From Micromonosporaceae bacterium (GTDB taxonomy: Bacteria > Actinomycetota > Actinomycetes > Mycobacteriales > Micromonosporaceae): 64,000 bases of DNA. Positions within the stretch are counted from its first letter, which is position 1. Every line of letters begins with the position of its first letter. This document shows positions 21,301 to 30,907 of the stretch, one piece after another. The notes below the pieces were generated by a model. That model searched no databases and was not told where the DNA came from. It worked only from the letters and a program-made list of their open reading frames with translations. The position numbers were made by a program, and so were the translations under genes. Location of the stretch: assembly GCA_003543035.1 (NCBI GenBank), contig DPJL01000107.1:4470-68469 (forward strand). The letters run 5' to 3'.

Positions 21301-21692
21301 AGGGCGACGTAAAGGTTGCCCAAATCGTTGCCGCCGCCCAGCAGGAAGCTGACCTGCCCGGTCCCGGCGAGCTGGAACATGGTGGAGGTCAGCGTGCCGG
21401 TCGCCGCGTCCCCGCCCGTGGCGAAGCCCCACAGGTGGTAGGTGCCATGGTGGCCGAAGCAGCATCCCCAGCCCCATCCGGTCTGCGAGGTGACCCCGTT
21501 GGTGAAGGCATTGCCGGTCGCGGTCCAGCCGGTGAGGTCACCGGACTCGAAGTCAGGGTTGACGATATCGCTGGCGGAGGCGACCGCCACTCGCTGTCCT
21601 GGCAGCGGCATCAGCTGGACTAGCAAGAGCATGATCAGGGCGACTGCGGCCAGCCATCGGGCCGGAGAGCGGTCGGCGGAAATGCGGCTCAT
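18351..21692 (-). CDS. Secreted multidomain GH32 (two CBM38-like repeats, LamG domain, GH32 catalytic and C-terminal domains); CFTase/endo-inulinase-like
   Basis: Signal peptide; two 154-aa repeats; LamG 'WHHVAATFD...FAGLIDEV'; HWMNEPHAP, FRDP, WELP. Confidence 0.85.
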   Translation of the reverse strand: MSRISADRSPARWLAAVALIMLLLVQLMPLPGQRVAVASASDIVNPDFESGDLTGWTATGNAFTNGVTSQTGWGWGCCFGHHGTYHLWGFATGGDAATGTLTSTMFQLAGTGQVSFLLGGGNDLGNLYVALARASDGAILFRATGRNEETYHRVTWDASVHLGQDLYLRAVDNSTGGWGHLNLDDVRVYDEPAASDIVNPDFETGNLTGWTATGSAFTNGVTSQTGWGWGCCFGHHGTYHLWGFASSGDSATGTLTSSTFRLGGTGQVSFLLGGGNDLGNLYVALVRASDGAILFRATGRNEETYHRVTWDASVHVGQNLYLRAVDNAGGGWGHLNLDDVRVYQQPPVSGLIAHWPFSEGSGTVVRDTVSGIQDPITYVFTEAKYKPSSPPLWRSGPSGHGVLADALLFDGYSTWVTRPASQLSTPTQALTVEAWVAPRAFEWGDEGKLSAIVDQHDEGARQGFILGVGRHGRWSFQAGIGGTWNTVWSSPDKSLQRDRWHHVAATFDSVSHTIRLYLDGALAGEGSTAVGELTRYPGNMLIGKHHQGVVINGTFSVNMFAGLIDEVKLRSNALSGNDIANVYQAAVSTFANGVVPTPDLGMRRSRYDGDIYRPQYHFLAPEHWMNEPHAPIYVGGQYHLFYQHNQHGPYWHNISWGHAISPDLVRWRDAPVALVPTADSVAPDGIWSGGSTLDASGNPLLFLTAGDDSVFPNQRTGVARCPGWPSDNNLNAWAMDQAPVTVQSATLDVGAGRKVRYGDFRDPYVWREGDTWFQLVGSGVQTTGGADVGGTALLYTSTDLTNWIYAGPLMVGDMNAYPKTGQVWELPVFLPLGVNAQGVRKHILLTNPAWGSPSEHNVKYVWYWIGTWDAIQRRFIPDSAVPRLFDYGEHFTGPSGFVDPQGRSVVFSIAQDKRTERAHFDAGWAHNAGLPIVLSLQPDGDIAVQPLPELTTLHHTTAPILSITGDTSLATANQQLASISGDMLHLTLELAAGSSSRFGIKLRRSPGGEEETLVYYDVATQTLNVDRTKSGTNSSLFTNLGVQGGSLPLAGQNLKLDIYLDKSMIEIYANGSRSITTRAYPFRADSLGLQLWADGSATVKAARIWEMTSAHQQ
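20664..21572 (-). repeat. Tandem 462-bp intragenic domain duplication
   Basis: 'SDIVNPDFE.G.LTGWTATG.AF...GGWGHLNLDDVRVY' occurs twice and is nearly identical. Confidence 0.9.
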
Positions 21693-21753
21693 AGCGGCAC
21701 CCCTCTCACGAAGGTCATATGACGAAAATGCGTCGTACGTGTGAGCGTGCGAT

Positions 21754-21905
21754 TGCCAAAACGTTTGCACAAGAGCCCAGCCCCCGTTTGGGCTGCCAAA
21801 GATTTTCGGCAAATTAACTGCTGGATAACACTTCCGCAACGCCCTCTTGTCTTGAGCGGGCGAGCGGACCAGACTGCAAAAACGATTCGCCAAATCGTTT
21901 CCGCA
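21754..21905. promoter_or_regulatory. Cluster of LacI-type operators between the divergent GH32 and LacI genes
   Basis: TGCCAAAACGTTTGCA (21754-21769), TGCCAAAGATTTTCGGCA, TGCAAAAACGATTCGCC and GCCAAATCGTTTCCGCA. Confidence 0.65.
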
Positions 21906-21928
21906 CGAGGCGGCATGAGGAGGCCACG

Positions 21929-22969
21929 ATGCGCCGACCACGGATCAGGGACGTAGCCGACCGCGCGGGAGTGTCGGTCTCCACGGTCTCGGTCGTGCTC
22001 AACGAGGTGCAGAGTGCACGCGTGGCCCCGGAAACCCGTGATCGCGTAAGGAAAGCGGCGCAAGAGCTGGGTTATGCGAGCAACGCGATCGCCCGCAGCC
22101 TGCGCACCCAGCTCTCCATGACGATCGGTTTGGTGAGCGACGAGATCGCGACCACGCCGTTCGCCGGACGGATGATTCAAGGCGCCCAAGACGCCGCGTG
22201 GCGGTCCGGCTATCTGTTGCTTCTGGTCAACACCGGCGGCGATGAGTCGCTGGAAAGGCATGCCATCGAGGCGCTCCGGCAGCGTCAGGTGGACGGGGTC
22301 ATCTACGCCACGATGTACCACCGGCACGTGACCGTTCCGGAGCAGCTCAACGGTGGCTGGGTGGTGTTCCTGGACGCCATCCCGATGGGCTCCGATCAGC
22401 CGTGCGTGGTCCCGGACGAGCGCGGCGGCGCGTTCGCGGCGGTGACCGAGCTGACCCGGCACGGCCACCGCCGGATCGGGTTCATCACCGACGAGCTCGC
22501 CGTGCCCGCTGCGGTGGGCCGGCTCAACGGATACCGCCGAGCGCTGTACGAGTCGGGCGCTCAGTTCGATCCGAACCTGGTCTGTGCCACACGATCCGAC
22601 ACGACCGGCGGCCACCAGGCGGCCGCCCGCTTGCTTAGCCTGCCTGAACCGCCGACGGCTCTGTTCTGTTTCAACGACCGCATGGCGATGGGTGCCTACC
22701 GCGCCGCGGCGGAGCGGAATCTGCGTATCCCGCAGGACATTTCCATAGTCGGCTTCGACGATCAGGATCTGATCGCGCCGGAGCTGGCTCCCACCTTGAC
22801 CACGGTCGCCCTGCCGCACTATGCGATGGGCCAATGGGCGGCGCGCAGGCTGGTGAACGCCATAGCCGAAGCGAAGTCTCCACTCGCGGACACAGCCGTG
22901 AGGGAACAGATACACACCATGCCGTGCCCGCTGGTGCGGCGCAACTCGGTGGGGCCGCCGTCGCGGTGA
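21929..22969 (+). CDS. LacI-family transcriptional regulator
   Basis: 'IRDVADRAGVSVSTVSVVLN' HTH; FNDRMA; LTTVALPH. Confidence 0.95.
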   Translation: MRRPRIRDVADRAGVSVSTVSVVLNEVQSARVAPETRDRVRKAAQELGYASNAIARSLRTQLSMTIGLVSDEIATTPFAGRMIQGAQDAAWRSGYLLLLVNTGGDESLERHAIEALRQRQVDGVIYATMYHRHVTVPEQLNGGWVVFLDAIPMGSDQPCVVPDERGGAFAAVTELTRHGHRRIGFITDELAVPAAVGRLNGYRRALYESGAQFDPNLVCATRSDTTGGHQAAARLLSLPEPPTALFCFNDRMAMGAYRAAAERNLRIPQDISIVGFDDQDLIAPELAPTLTTVALPHYAMGQWAARRLVNAIAEAKSPLADTAVREQIHTMPCPLVRRNSVGPPSR

Positions 22970-23064
22970 GGCGACGGCGACCCCGAACAGACATCCAGGC
23001 GCCGGACTTCCCCGGCCGCCCACGCCGACCCGATGATGCGATCGGGGCAACGATTGGAGGAGCG

Positions 23065-24342
23065 GTGAGACGCAACCTCTTCAGCACGATGTTATCCGGT
23101 GCGCTGGCAGCGACGATGCTGGCAGCCTGCACCGGGACGAGCAACCCCGACAGCGGCCGGCAGACCGTCAAGCTCTGGACGCACGCGGCGGGAAACCCCG
23201 ACGAACTGGCGACGATCCAGCAGATCATCAGCGATTTCAACGCCTCCCAGACCCAATACCAGGTCGTGCACGAGGCATTCCCGCAGGGCGCCTACAACGA
23301 GGCGGTGACCGCCGCCGCGGCCGCCGGCGACCTGCCCTGCCTGATCGATGTGGACGGCCCGATCATGCCCAACTGGGCATGGGCCAACTACCTTGCCCCG
23401 CTTGACCTTCCCCAGGAGACGGTCGACAAGTTCTTGCCCAGCACGGTCGGGCGATACAAGGACAAGGTTTACTCGATCGGCTTTTGGGACGCGGCGATCG
23501 CCGTCTATGCGCGCAAGTCGGTGCTAGAGACGAACGGCATCCGGATCCCCACCATGGAAGAACCTTGGTCCCAAAGCGAGTTTGACGCCACACTCGTCAA
23601 GCTCAAGGCGGCCGGGTTCGCCTATCCGCTCGACCTGGGCACCGGCGGCGACCCGGGTGAGTGGTGGCCTTACGCCTATTCGCCCATCCTGCAAAGCTTC
23701 GGCGGGGATCTCATTGATCGTGGTTCGTATCGCAGCGCCGAGGGGGCGTTGAATGGTACCGACGGAGTCGCGTTTGGACAGTGGTGGCAGAGTCTGTTTC
23801 AGCGTGGCCTGGCCAACCCGCGCGAAGCGGTTGACCGGGTGGCCTTCCTTCAGGGCAAGGCTGCTCTCGCCTGGAACGGTAACTGGGGTGCCAACGACGC
23901 GATCAAAGCCTTTGGCGACGACGTTCTGTTCCTGCCACCACCGGACTTCGGCGCCGGGCCGAAAATCGGTGGCGCCTCGTGGCAGTGGGGCATCACCGCC
24001 TCGTGCAAACAGCAGCAAGGAGCGCTCGCTTATCTGAAGCACTCGCTCAGCGCTAAATACCTCGCCGCTTTCAGCGACAAGATCGGACTGATCCCGGCAA
24101 CCGAAGAGGCGGCCGCGCTGACGGCCAACTATCGGCCTGGCGGCCAGTATCGGATCTTCGCCGAATATTCGCGCAAGTACGTGGTGGTGCGCCCGCCGAC
24201 GCCGGCCTACCCGGTGATCTCGAGTGTCTTCGCGCGGGCCATGCGTGACATCACCCATGGTGGTGACGTCAAGTCTCGCCTCGACCAAGCGGTCGATGAG
24301 ATCGACGCAAACCTGAAGTCCAACAACAACTATGGCTTCTAA
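23065..24342 (+). CDS. Carbohydrate ABC substrate-binding lipoprotein (likely fructo-oligosaccharide)
   Basis: GGAGG RBS then GTG; lipobox LAAC; CUT1 binding-protein features (DVDGP, RPPTPAYP). Confidence 0.85.
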   Translation: MRRNLFSTMLSGALAATMLAACTGTSNPDSGRQTVKLWTHAAGNPDELATIQQIISDFNASQTQYQVVHEAFPQGAYNEAVTAAAAAGDLPCLIDVDGPIMPNWAWANYLAPLDLPQETVDKFLPSTVGRYKDKVYSIGFWDAAIAVYARKSVLETNGIRIPTMEEPWSQSEFDATLVKLKAAGFAYPLDLGTGGDPGEWWPYAYSPILQSFGGDLIDRGSYRSAEGALNGTDGVAFGQWWQSLFQRGLANPREAVDRVAFLQGKAALAWNGNWGANDAIKAFGDDVLFLPPPDFGAGPKIGGASWQWGITASCKQQQGALAYLKHSLSAKYLAAFSDKIGLIPATEEAAALTANYRPGGQYRIFAEYSRKYVVVRPPTPAYPVISSVFARAMRDITHGGDVKSRLDQAVDEIDANLKSNNNYGF

Positions 24343-25390
24343 GAGCGGACGGGGCGAAGGTGAGGCGCGGGCCGCGCTGGCGATGACGGCACCGGCGATC
24401 CTCCTGCTCCTCACCTTCCTCGTCATTCCGATCTGCCTGGCTTTCTGGCTGGCTTTCACCAACGCGCGGCTGGTTTCCCCGGCCGCGCCACAGTGGACCG
24501 GGGAGCAGAATTTCGAACGGCTGCTTGGGATCCGTGTGCTCGATCAGCAGGCGGTGCCGGACCCTCAGACCGGGGAGCCGGTCTTCCCGTCGGTGCGCGA
24601 GTTCACTCGTCAGGGTTCCGGTTATCCGCAGTACGAAAGCAAATCGGTGCTGCTGACGCTCAACGATGGCGACCGGCGGTCGGTGGTCCTCACGGGCGAT
24701 CCGGCGTTCTGGAAGTCCTTACGCAACACGCTTGCATTCGCTCTGGTCGTGGTTCCGGTGCAGGGCGGGCTCGGGCTCGCCTTGGCCTTACTGGTGAACC
24801 GCCCTGTCCGGGGCGTGAACCTGTTCCGCACCATCTACTTCATGCCGGTGGTCACCTCGCTGGTCGTGGTCTCCATCCTGTGGCGCTTTCTCTATCAGTC
24901 CGACGGCTTGGTCAACTCCATGCTCGGGGTTCTGACTTTCGGCAGCTGGGACGCGGTGCGGTGGCTGGACGAGCCGGGCACGGCCCTCGGCGCGATCATG
25001 CTGATGTCGGTGTGGCAGGGCGTCGGATTCCATATGGTCATCTGGCTTGCGGGTTTACAGACCATTCCTGGGTACCTGTACGAGGCCGCCGCCATCGATG
25101 GAGCGTCCGCCAGCCAGCGTTTCCGTCATGTCACCCTGCCCGGATTGCGCCCGACACTCATCTTCGTCGTCGTGACCATCACCCTGGCCGCACTCGGTCT
25201 ATTCGTGCAGGTCGATGTCATGACGCAGGGAGGCCCGCTGGACGCGACCACCACGGTCGTGTTCCACGCCGTCCGAAAAGGTTTCCGGGAACAGGAGATC
25301 GGCTACGCAGCGGCGATCAGCCTCGTTTTCTTCTTCCTGGTGCTGGCGATCGCGCAGATCCAGCGCCGGCTGATCCGCGACCGGAGTTGA
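24332..25390 (+). CDS. Carbohydrate ABC permease
   Basis: EAA motif 'LYEAAAIDGAS'. Confidence 0.92.
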   Translation: MASKSGRGEGEARAALAMTAPAILLLLTFLVIPICLAFWLAFTNARLVSPAAPQWTGEQNFERLLGIRVLDQQAVPDPQTGEPVFPSVREFTRQGSGYPQYESKSVLLTLNDGDRRSVVLTGDPAFWKSLRNTLAFALVVVPVQGGLGLALALLVNRPVRGVNLFRTIYFMPVVTSLVVVSILWRFLYQSDGLVNSMLGVLTFGSWDAVRWLDEPGTALGAIMLMSVWQGVGFHMVIWLAGLQTIPGYLYEAAAIDGASASQRFRHVTLPGLRPTLIFVVVTITLAALGLFVQVDVMTQGGPLDATTTVVFHAVRKGFREQEIGYAAAISLVFFFLVLAIAQIQRRLIRDRS

Positions 25391-25396
25391 TGGGCG

Positions 25397-26269
25397 ATGC
25401 GCAATCGATCCAGGACAGCAGCGGGATACCTCCCGATGGCCCTGCTCGCCGTGCTGTTCGCCTTTCCCCTCGTGTTCATGCTGGTTTCGTCGCTGAAACC
25501 CGATGAGCAGATCTTCGCCGATCTGGAGTCGTGGCGGGCCTTCGCCCCGGTCGGGCAGGTGTCGCTCGACAATTATTCCGGTGTCTTTCAGCGGGTACCG
25601 GCCGCGCGTTTCCTTTTCAACTCCTTCCTCGTGTCCAGCTGCATCGTCCTGTTTGGACTGATCGTGAACAGCCTGGCCGGGTTCGCGCTGGCCCGGGTCC
25701 CGTGGCGGTGGAGCAGGCTGCTGTTGACCCTTGTCATAGCGACGCTGATCCTTCCGTTCGAAACGATCGCGCTGCCGCTGCTTTACTGGGTGATCAGGCT
25801 GCCGTGGCTCGAATTCGACGGCATGGTCCCCTTCGTGGACACCGGCTGGCTCAACACGTATCGGGTGCAGATCGTGCCCTTCATCGCCAACGGCTTCTCC
25901 ATCTTCCTTTTCCGCCAGCACTTCGTCACGATCCCGCGAGACCTCGACGACGCCGCCCGGATCGATGGATGCGGCTGGCTCGGCATCTACCGGCGGGTCG
26001 CTGTCCCGTTGTCGGGGCCCGCATTCGCCACGGTTGCGTTGCTCACGTTCCTACCGGCTTGGAACTCCTACCTATGGCCGCTGATGACGGTGCAACGGGA
26101 GGAGTTGCGGCCCGTGCTCGTTGGCGTGCAGTACTTCTTTCAACTCGACATCGCCTGGGGCCAGATCATGGCCTACTCATCGATGATCACGGTGCCCGTG
26201 CTCGTGCTCTTCGTCGTGTTCCAGCGAGCCTTCATCGCGAGCATCGCCACCACGGGCATGAAGGGCTGA
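25397..26269 (+). CDS. Carbohydrate ABC permease
   Basis: '[12 protein letters not shown]', 'WNSYLWPL'. Confidence 0.92.
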   Translation: MRNRSRTAAGYLPMALLAVLFAFPLVFMLVSSLKPDEQIFADLESWRAFAPVGQVSLDNYSGVFQRVPAARFLFNSFLVSSCIVLFGLIVNSLAGFALARVPWRWSRLLLTLVIATLILPFETIALPLLYWVIRLPWLEFDGMVPFVDTGWLNTYRVQIVPFIANGFSIFLFRQHFVTIPRDLDDAARIDGCGWLGIYRRVAVPLSGPAFATVALLTFLPAWNSYLWPLMTVQREELRPVLVGVQYFFQLDIAWGQIMAYSSMITVPVLVLFVVFQRAFIASIATTGMKG

Positions 26270-26312
26270 CAAGCCATCGCCTTACGGACCTTCCAGCCAT
26301 GAGGAGAAAACC

Positions 26313-28892
26313 ATGCATGGTCGAATCCGCAGATCGCTCATCGTTGCCGTTCTGCTGACCACCGCGCTCACCTTGACCTCGGCGCCGCCTGCGCTGTCCT
26401 ATCAGAACCAGGGACCCGCCATCGAAAGAGACGAACCCTACCGGCCGCAGTATCACTTCAGCCCGGCCGAGAATTGGATGAACGACCCCAACGGCCTGGT
26501 GTGGTATCGCGGCGAATATCACTTGTTCTATCAGCACAATCCGCACGGGTCGACGTGGGGCAACATGTCCTGGGGACACGCGGTCAGCCGCGATCTGGTG
26601 CATTGGGAAGAGCTTGACGTAGCGCTGGAAAACACCGGCGACGAGCACATCTTCTCCGGCAGCATCGTCGTGGACGAACGAAACACGAGCGGTCTGGGCC
26701 AGCCGGGCCGCCCGGCGATGGTCGCCGTCTACACCAGTTGGTATCCGGCGACTGGAATTCAGGCCCAATCGCTTGCCTACAGCATTGACGCTGGGCGCAC
26801 TTGGACCCGGTACCAGTCAAATCCTGTTCTAGACATTGGGTCACGTGACTTCCGTGACCCAAAGGTTTTTTGGTATGAGCCGGGCGGTTATTGGGTCATG
26901 GCCGTTGCCCTGGCGGTCGAGCACAAGATTCAGTTCTATCGCTCGGGCGACCTGAAGTCGTGGTCGCTGATGAGCGACTTCGGCCCGGCCAACGCGACCG
27001 GCGGGGCGTGGGAGGTGCCGGACCTTTTCGAGCTGCCGGTGGACGGCAACCCGCACGACACCAGATGGGTGCTGTCGGTCAACCTCAACCCGGGGGCGAT
27101 CGCCGGGGGATCGGGCGCACAGTATTTCATCGGCCGGTTCGATGGCATTCGCTTCACGGCCGAAAACCTGGTGAGCGACAACGATCCTCCGCCGGGCACG
27201 GTTTTCGCCGACTTCGAGGCGGACGACTATGGGGATTGGACAGTCCATAACGGCGACCGGCTGGTGCCGGGGCCTTTTGGGACGGGGCCTTATCCGGGCA
27301 CGGTGCTGGGGCAGTTGCCGGTGTCGGGGTTCCGTGGGTCCAAGCTCGTCAACAGTTTCCTCGGGTTCGATGCGCCGCAGGGCAGGCTTGTCTCGCCCAC
27401 CTTCACCATCGACCGCACGTTCATCAATCTGCTGGCCGGCGGTGGGCCGCACCGGCATCGCGGCGGCACCGGCGACGGGTCTCCTCCCGTCGGTGAACTC
27501 CTTTTCGGCTTCGAGACGCCGGGCCTGACTTTCGAAGCGGCCGGGTGGACGGCCACCAACGGGCTCGCCTCCCGGCAGCCCGCAACCGGAGCGCTGCCGG
27601 GCCAGCAGGCGGTCGGCGGCTACCTGGGCGATCGGCTGGTCAACACGTTCTTCGAGGGCGACTCGACGATGGGCACGTTGACCTCGCCCCGGTTCACAGT
27701 GACCCGGCGCTACCTGAACCTGCTTGTCGGCGGTGGCGGACACGCGTGGGGCGCGGCGCAGCCCACCGCGGTGAACCTGCTCGTGGACGGGGAGGTCGTG
27801 CGTTCGGCGACCGGTGATTTCAGCGAACAACTCAACTGGGTGAGCTGGGATGTTGCCGAGTTCGCCGGCCGGGAAGTGAGCTTGCAGGTCGTCGACGGTA
27901 ACAACGGCGGCTGGGGCCACATTCTGCTCGACCACGTGATGGCTTCGGACACCGCCGCATTGCCGCGTAGCACCGAGACCGCGGTCAACCTGGTGGTCGA
28001 GGGCGAGGTCGTGCGCTCGGCTTCCGGTGAGGAAAGCGAGCGGCTGGACTGGGTGGCGTGGGACGTGCGCGACCTCATCGGAAGACAAGGCCGGATTGAG
28101 ATCAATGACTTTAACTCAGCCGGGTGGGGTCACATTCTCGTGGACCACATCATGTTTTCCGACGAGCCCGCGCTCAGCAGCAGGCAGCGATATTCCTGGA
28201 CCGACTACGGCAAGGACTTCTATGCCACCCTTTCCTGGAACGACGTGCCCAGCGGAGAACGGCTTTGGATCGCCTGGATGAACAACTGGCAGTACGGCGA
28301 TCGCCTCCCGACCTCGCCCTGGCGAGGCGCGGCGACGCTACCGCGGCGGGTAACACTGTCCACAATCGACGGTAAGGTTCGCCTTGTGCAGGAACCGGTT
28401 CGGCAACTAAGGACGTTGCGCCAAGGGCCCGCCTATCACCTCGGGCACACCGACATCGCGCCGGGCGTCATGGCACTTCCGGCTCGCGCGGGCGGCGAAC
28501 TGCTGGAGATCCGCGCCGAGTTTGAGCTCGGTACAGCCACCCAGGCCGGGCTTGTCGTGCGGGGCGGTCCGTCCGGTGAGGGAACTGAGGTTGGCTACGA
28601 CGCCTCTTCGGGCACTGTCTACATTGATCGGACCCGGTCGGGTGCGGTTGACTTCTATCCGCAGTTCCCGGGCCGTCACGACGCCCTGCTATCCACCAAA
28701 GATGGCCGCGTGACGCTCACCGTCTACGTCGATCGGTCGTCGGTCGAGGTCTTCGCCGGGGCGGGGGAGGTGGTCCTCACCGACCAGATCTTCCCTGGCG
28801 CGGCGAGCACCTCGCTGTCACTTTTCGCCCGGGGTGGCACGGCACGGTTGCGATCGATAACGGTGCATCAGCTGCGTTCCGCTCTCTCCTGA
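26313..28892 (+). CDS. Secreted GH32 exo-inulinase/levanase with inserted CBM38-like domains
   Basis: Signal peptide; WMNDPNG, FSGS, FRDP, WEVPDLF, DYGKDFYA, VDRSSVEVF. Confidence 0.92.
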   Translation: MHGRIRRSLIVAVLLTTALTLTSAPPALSYQNQGPAIERDEPYRPQYHFSPAENWMNDPNGLVWYRGEYHLFYQHNPHGSTWGNMSWGHAVSRDLVHWEELDVALENTGDEHIFSGSIVVDERNTSGLGQPGRPAMVAVYTSWYPATGIQAQSLAYSIDAGRTWTRYQSNPVLDIGSRDFRDPKVFWYEPGGYWVMAVALAVEHKIQFYRSGDLKSWSLMSDFGPANATGGAWEVPDLFELPVDGNPHDTRWVLSVNLNPGAIAGGSGAQYFIGRFDGIRFTAENLVSDNDPPPGTVFADFEADDYGDWTVHNGDRLVPGPFGTGPYPGTVLGQLPVSGFRGSKLVNSFLGFDAPQGRLVSPTFTIDRTFINLLAGGGPHRHRGGTGDGSPPVGELLFGFETPGLTFEAAGWTATNGLASRQPATGALPGQQAVGGYLGDRLVNTFFEGDSTMGTLTSPRFTVTRRYLNLLVGGGGHAWGAAQPTAVNLLVDGEVVRSATGDFSEQLNWVSWDVAEFAGREVSLQVVDGNNGGWGHILLDHVMASDTAALPRSTETAVNLVVEGEVVRSASGEESERLDWVAWDVRDLIGRQGRIEINDFNSAGWGHILVDHIMFSDEPALSSRQRYSWTDYGKDFYATLSWNDVPSGERLWIAWMNNWQYGDRLPTSPWRGAATLPRRVTLSTIDGKVRLVQEPVRQLRTLRQGPAYHLGHTDIAPGVMALPARAGGELLEIRAEFELGTATQAGLVVRGGPSGEGTEVGYDASSGTVYIDRTRSGAVDFYPQFPGRHDALLSTKDGRVTLTVYVDRSSVEVFAGAGEVVLTDQIFPGAASTSLSLFARGGTARLRSITVHQLRSALS

Positions 28893-28912
28893 TGGGTGGT
28901 GCGGGCGCTGTG

Positions 28913-29860
28913 TTACAGCGCCCGCACCAGATCCAGCTCGTCGGCCCACGGCGGGTCGGCTCCGGCGCGCTGGCAGACCACAGCGGCGGCGCCGACGCCG
29001 AACAGCAGAGCCGTTCGCAGGTCTGCCGTGGACAGGTCTGACAGCCGGCCACCGAGGGCGTTCGCCCTATTCAGGGTATGCAGCATGCCCGCGGTGAAGG
29101 TGTCACCGGCGCCGACGGTGTCGACAGGAGTGATCGGGGGAGTCTCGACGGTGACCGCCTCACCGCGCAGCGAGGCGTAAACCCCGTTGCCGCCAAGCGT
29201 CACCACGACAAGGGATGCCCCGGCCGCATGCCACCGCGAGCACGCCTCAGCCACGCCAACTCCCGGCATCACCGTGGCCAAATCATCGTTGCTGAGCCGG
29301 ATGATGTCGGCGATGCTCGCCCAGCGTGGCATGGCCTCGCGGTAAAAGCTCGCAGGCACAAGGCTTAGCCTGACGTTAGGGTCGATGCAGACGGTCACTC
29401 TCGTCCGGGCCTGTTCCAGCAACCTCTCAATCAGAGCCGCGCCCGGTTGTTGAGCCAGGGCAAGCGATCCCGCGTGTATCGCACTCGTATTCGCCTGGTT
29501 CCAGGCGGCGAGCTCGTCTTCGGTCCATTGCCAATCGGCGGTGCCCTCGACGTAGAAGTCATAGCTGGCATGGCCCTCGGGCGTGATCGTGGCGATGGCC
29601 AGGCTCGCCGGCTCGGCCGCCTCGACCGCGGCGGACAGGTCCACCCGTGAGTCGACGAGGTGGCTTCGCAGCAGGTTCCCGATCGTGCCCGAGGCGAGCC
29701 TGCCAAGGTACTTGGTCGGCGTGCCGAGTCTGCTGAGCGCGACGGCGGTGTTGACCGGCCCGCCACCGGGCAGCACGCGCAGCCGTAATCCGGCAACCGG
29801 ATCAGCTTCCACGATGGCGTCCCCAACCGCCTCGCCGATGACCGCGATGGTCCCGCTCAT
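28913..29860 (-). CDS. PfkB-family carbohydrate kinase (probable fructokinase)
   Basis: 'PGGGPVNTAVALSRLG', DPNVR, 'DTVGAGDTF'. Confidence 0.9.
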   Translation of the reverse strand: MSGTIAVIGEAVGDAIVEADPVAGLRLRVLPGGGPVNTAVALSRLGTPTKYLGRLASGTIGNLLRSHLVDSRVDLSAAVEAAEPASLAIATITPEGHASYDFYVEGTADWQWTEDELAAWNQANTSAIHAGSLALAQQPGAALIERLLEQARTRVTVCIDPNVRLSLVPASFYREAMPRWASIADIIRLSNDDLATVMPGVGVAEACSRWHAAGASLVVVTLGGNGVYASLRGEAVTVETPPITPVDTVGAGDTFTAGMLHTLNRANALGGRLSDLSTADLRTALLFGVGAAAVVCQRAGADPPWADELDLVRAL

Positions 29861-30876
29861 GCCGTCGCCCCCGGCTCGCCTGGGCAGCCGCACGACTCAC
29901 GCAGGACGAAGGTGGGGTCTAGGCGCAGGGTGCGAGGTTCCTGGCGGCGGTCGGCGATAAGGGAGGTGAGCATGGAGACGGCCTCGGTGCCGATCTGGGC
30001 GATCGGCTGAGCGATGGCGGTGAGCCTGGGGGAGAACAGCGAGGCCCATTCGAAGTCGTCGAAGACGGCAAGGGCGATGTCGCTCGGGACCTTCACTCCA
30101 CGTGCGGTCAAAGCTCGCATCACGCCGATGGTCATGTGGTTGTTGGTCACGACCAGAGCGGTCGGCGGATCGGGGAGGGCGATCAGGTCGTTGACGGCGG
30201 CTTGTGCCGCGTCCGCGGTCGAGTCGCCCAGCGCGACCAGCTTGTCATCGAAGGGCAGATTGGATTGGGTCAGGCCTAACCGGTACCCGTCGATGCGCTC
30301 TGTTGATGTGCGCACGCTGGGACGTCCGGCGATCAGGCCGATACGGGAATGCCCGTGACCGGCAAGGTGATCCACCAGAGCAGCGGTCGCATCGACGTTC
30401 TCCGTGCCGACCTGATGGAAGCGTTCCGAGGCGCACCGGTCGACCAGCACGGTCGGCACTCCGAGCTCGGTGAGGAACTTAAGCGCGGCCCCGTCCGCGT
30501 CTGTGCATGGCGCCAGCAACAGGCCATCAACCCGTCGTTGGTGCAGGGCCCGTACCACTCGTAGCTCCTCGTCGGGGTCGTCGTAGGTGTCGGCCAACAG
30601 CAGGGTGTATCCGGCCTCGCGGGCCGCGTTGAGGATCGCCGCGATCATGTCGGCGAAGTAGAAGTTGGAGATCGCCGATATGGCGAGCCCGATCGTCTGG
30701 GTGCTCGCGGTCACCAGGGAGCGGGCGATCGTGTTGTGGACATAGCCGGTTTCCCGGATCGCCTGCATCACGGCCGCGACGGTGTCCTCCCTGACGAACC
30801 GGGTCCCATTGATCACGTGGGAAACGGTCGAGATCGATATGCCGGCTTGCCGCGCGACATCGGCCATCGTCACCAT
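29857..30876 (-). CDS. LacI-family transcriptional regulator
   Basis: 'MVTMADVARQAGISISTVSHVING'. Confidence 0.93.
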   Translation of the reverse strand: MVTMADVARQAGISISTVSHVINGTRFVREDTVAAVMQAIRETGYVHNTIARSLVTASTQTIGLAISAISNFYFADMIAAILNAAREAGYTLLLADTYDDPDEELRVVRALHQRRVDGLLLAPCTDADGAALKFLTELGVPTVLVDRCASERFHQVGTENVDATAALVDHLAGHGHSRIGLIAGRPSVRTSTERIDGYRLGLTQSNLPFDDKLVALGDSTADAAQAAVNDLIALPDPPTALVVTNNHMTIGVMRALTARGVKVPSDIALAVFDDFEWASLFSPRLTAIAQPIAQIGTEAVSMLTSLIADRRQEPRTLRLDPTFVLRESCGCPGEPGATA

Positions 30877-30907
30877 TTGACCTCGCCAACCTCGTTTCCA
30901 TCTCGTT

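Noticed and set aside
21689..23050. 453-aa minus-strand ORF and similar antisense ORFs over the LacI, GH32 and GH172 genes
   Set aside because: Antisense shadows of well-supported genes.
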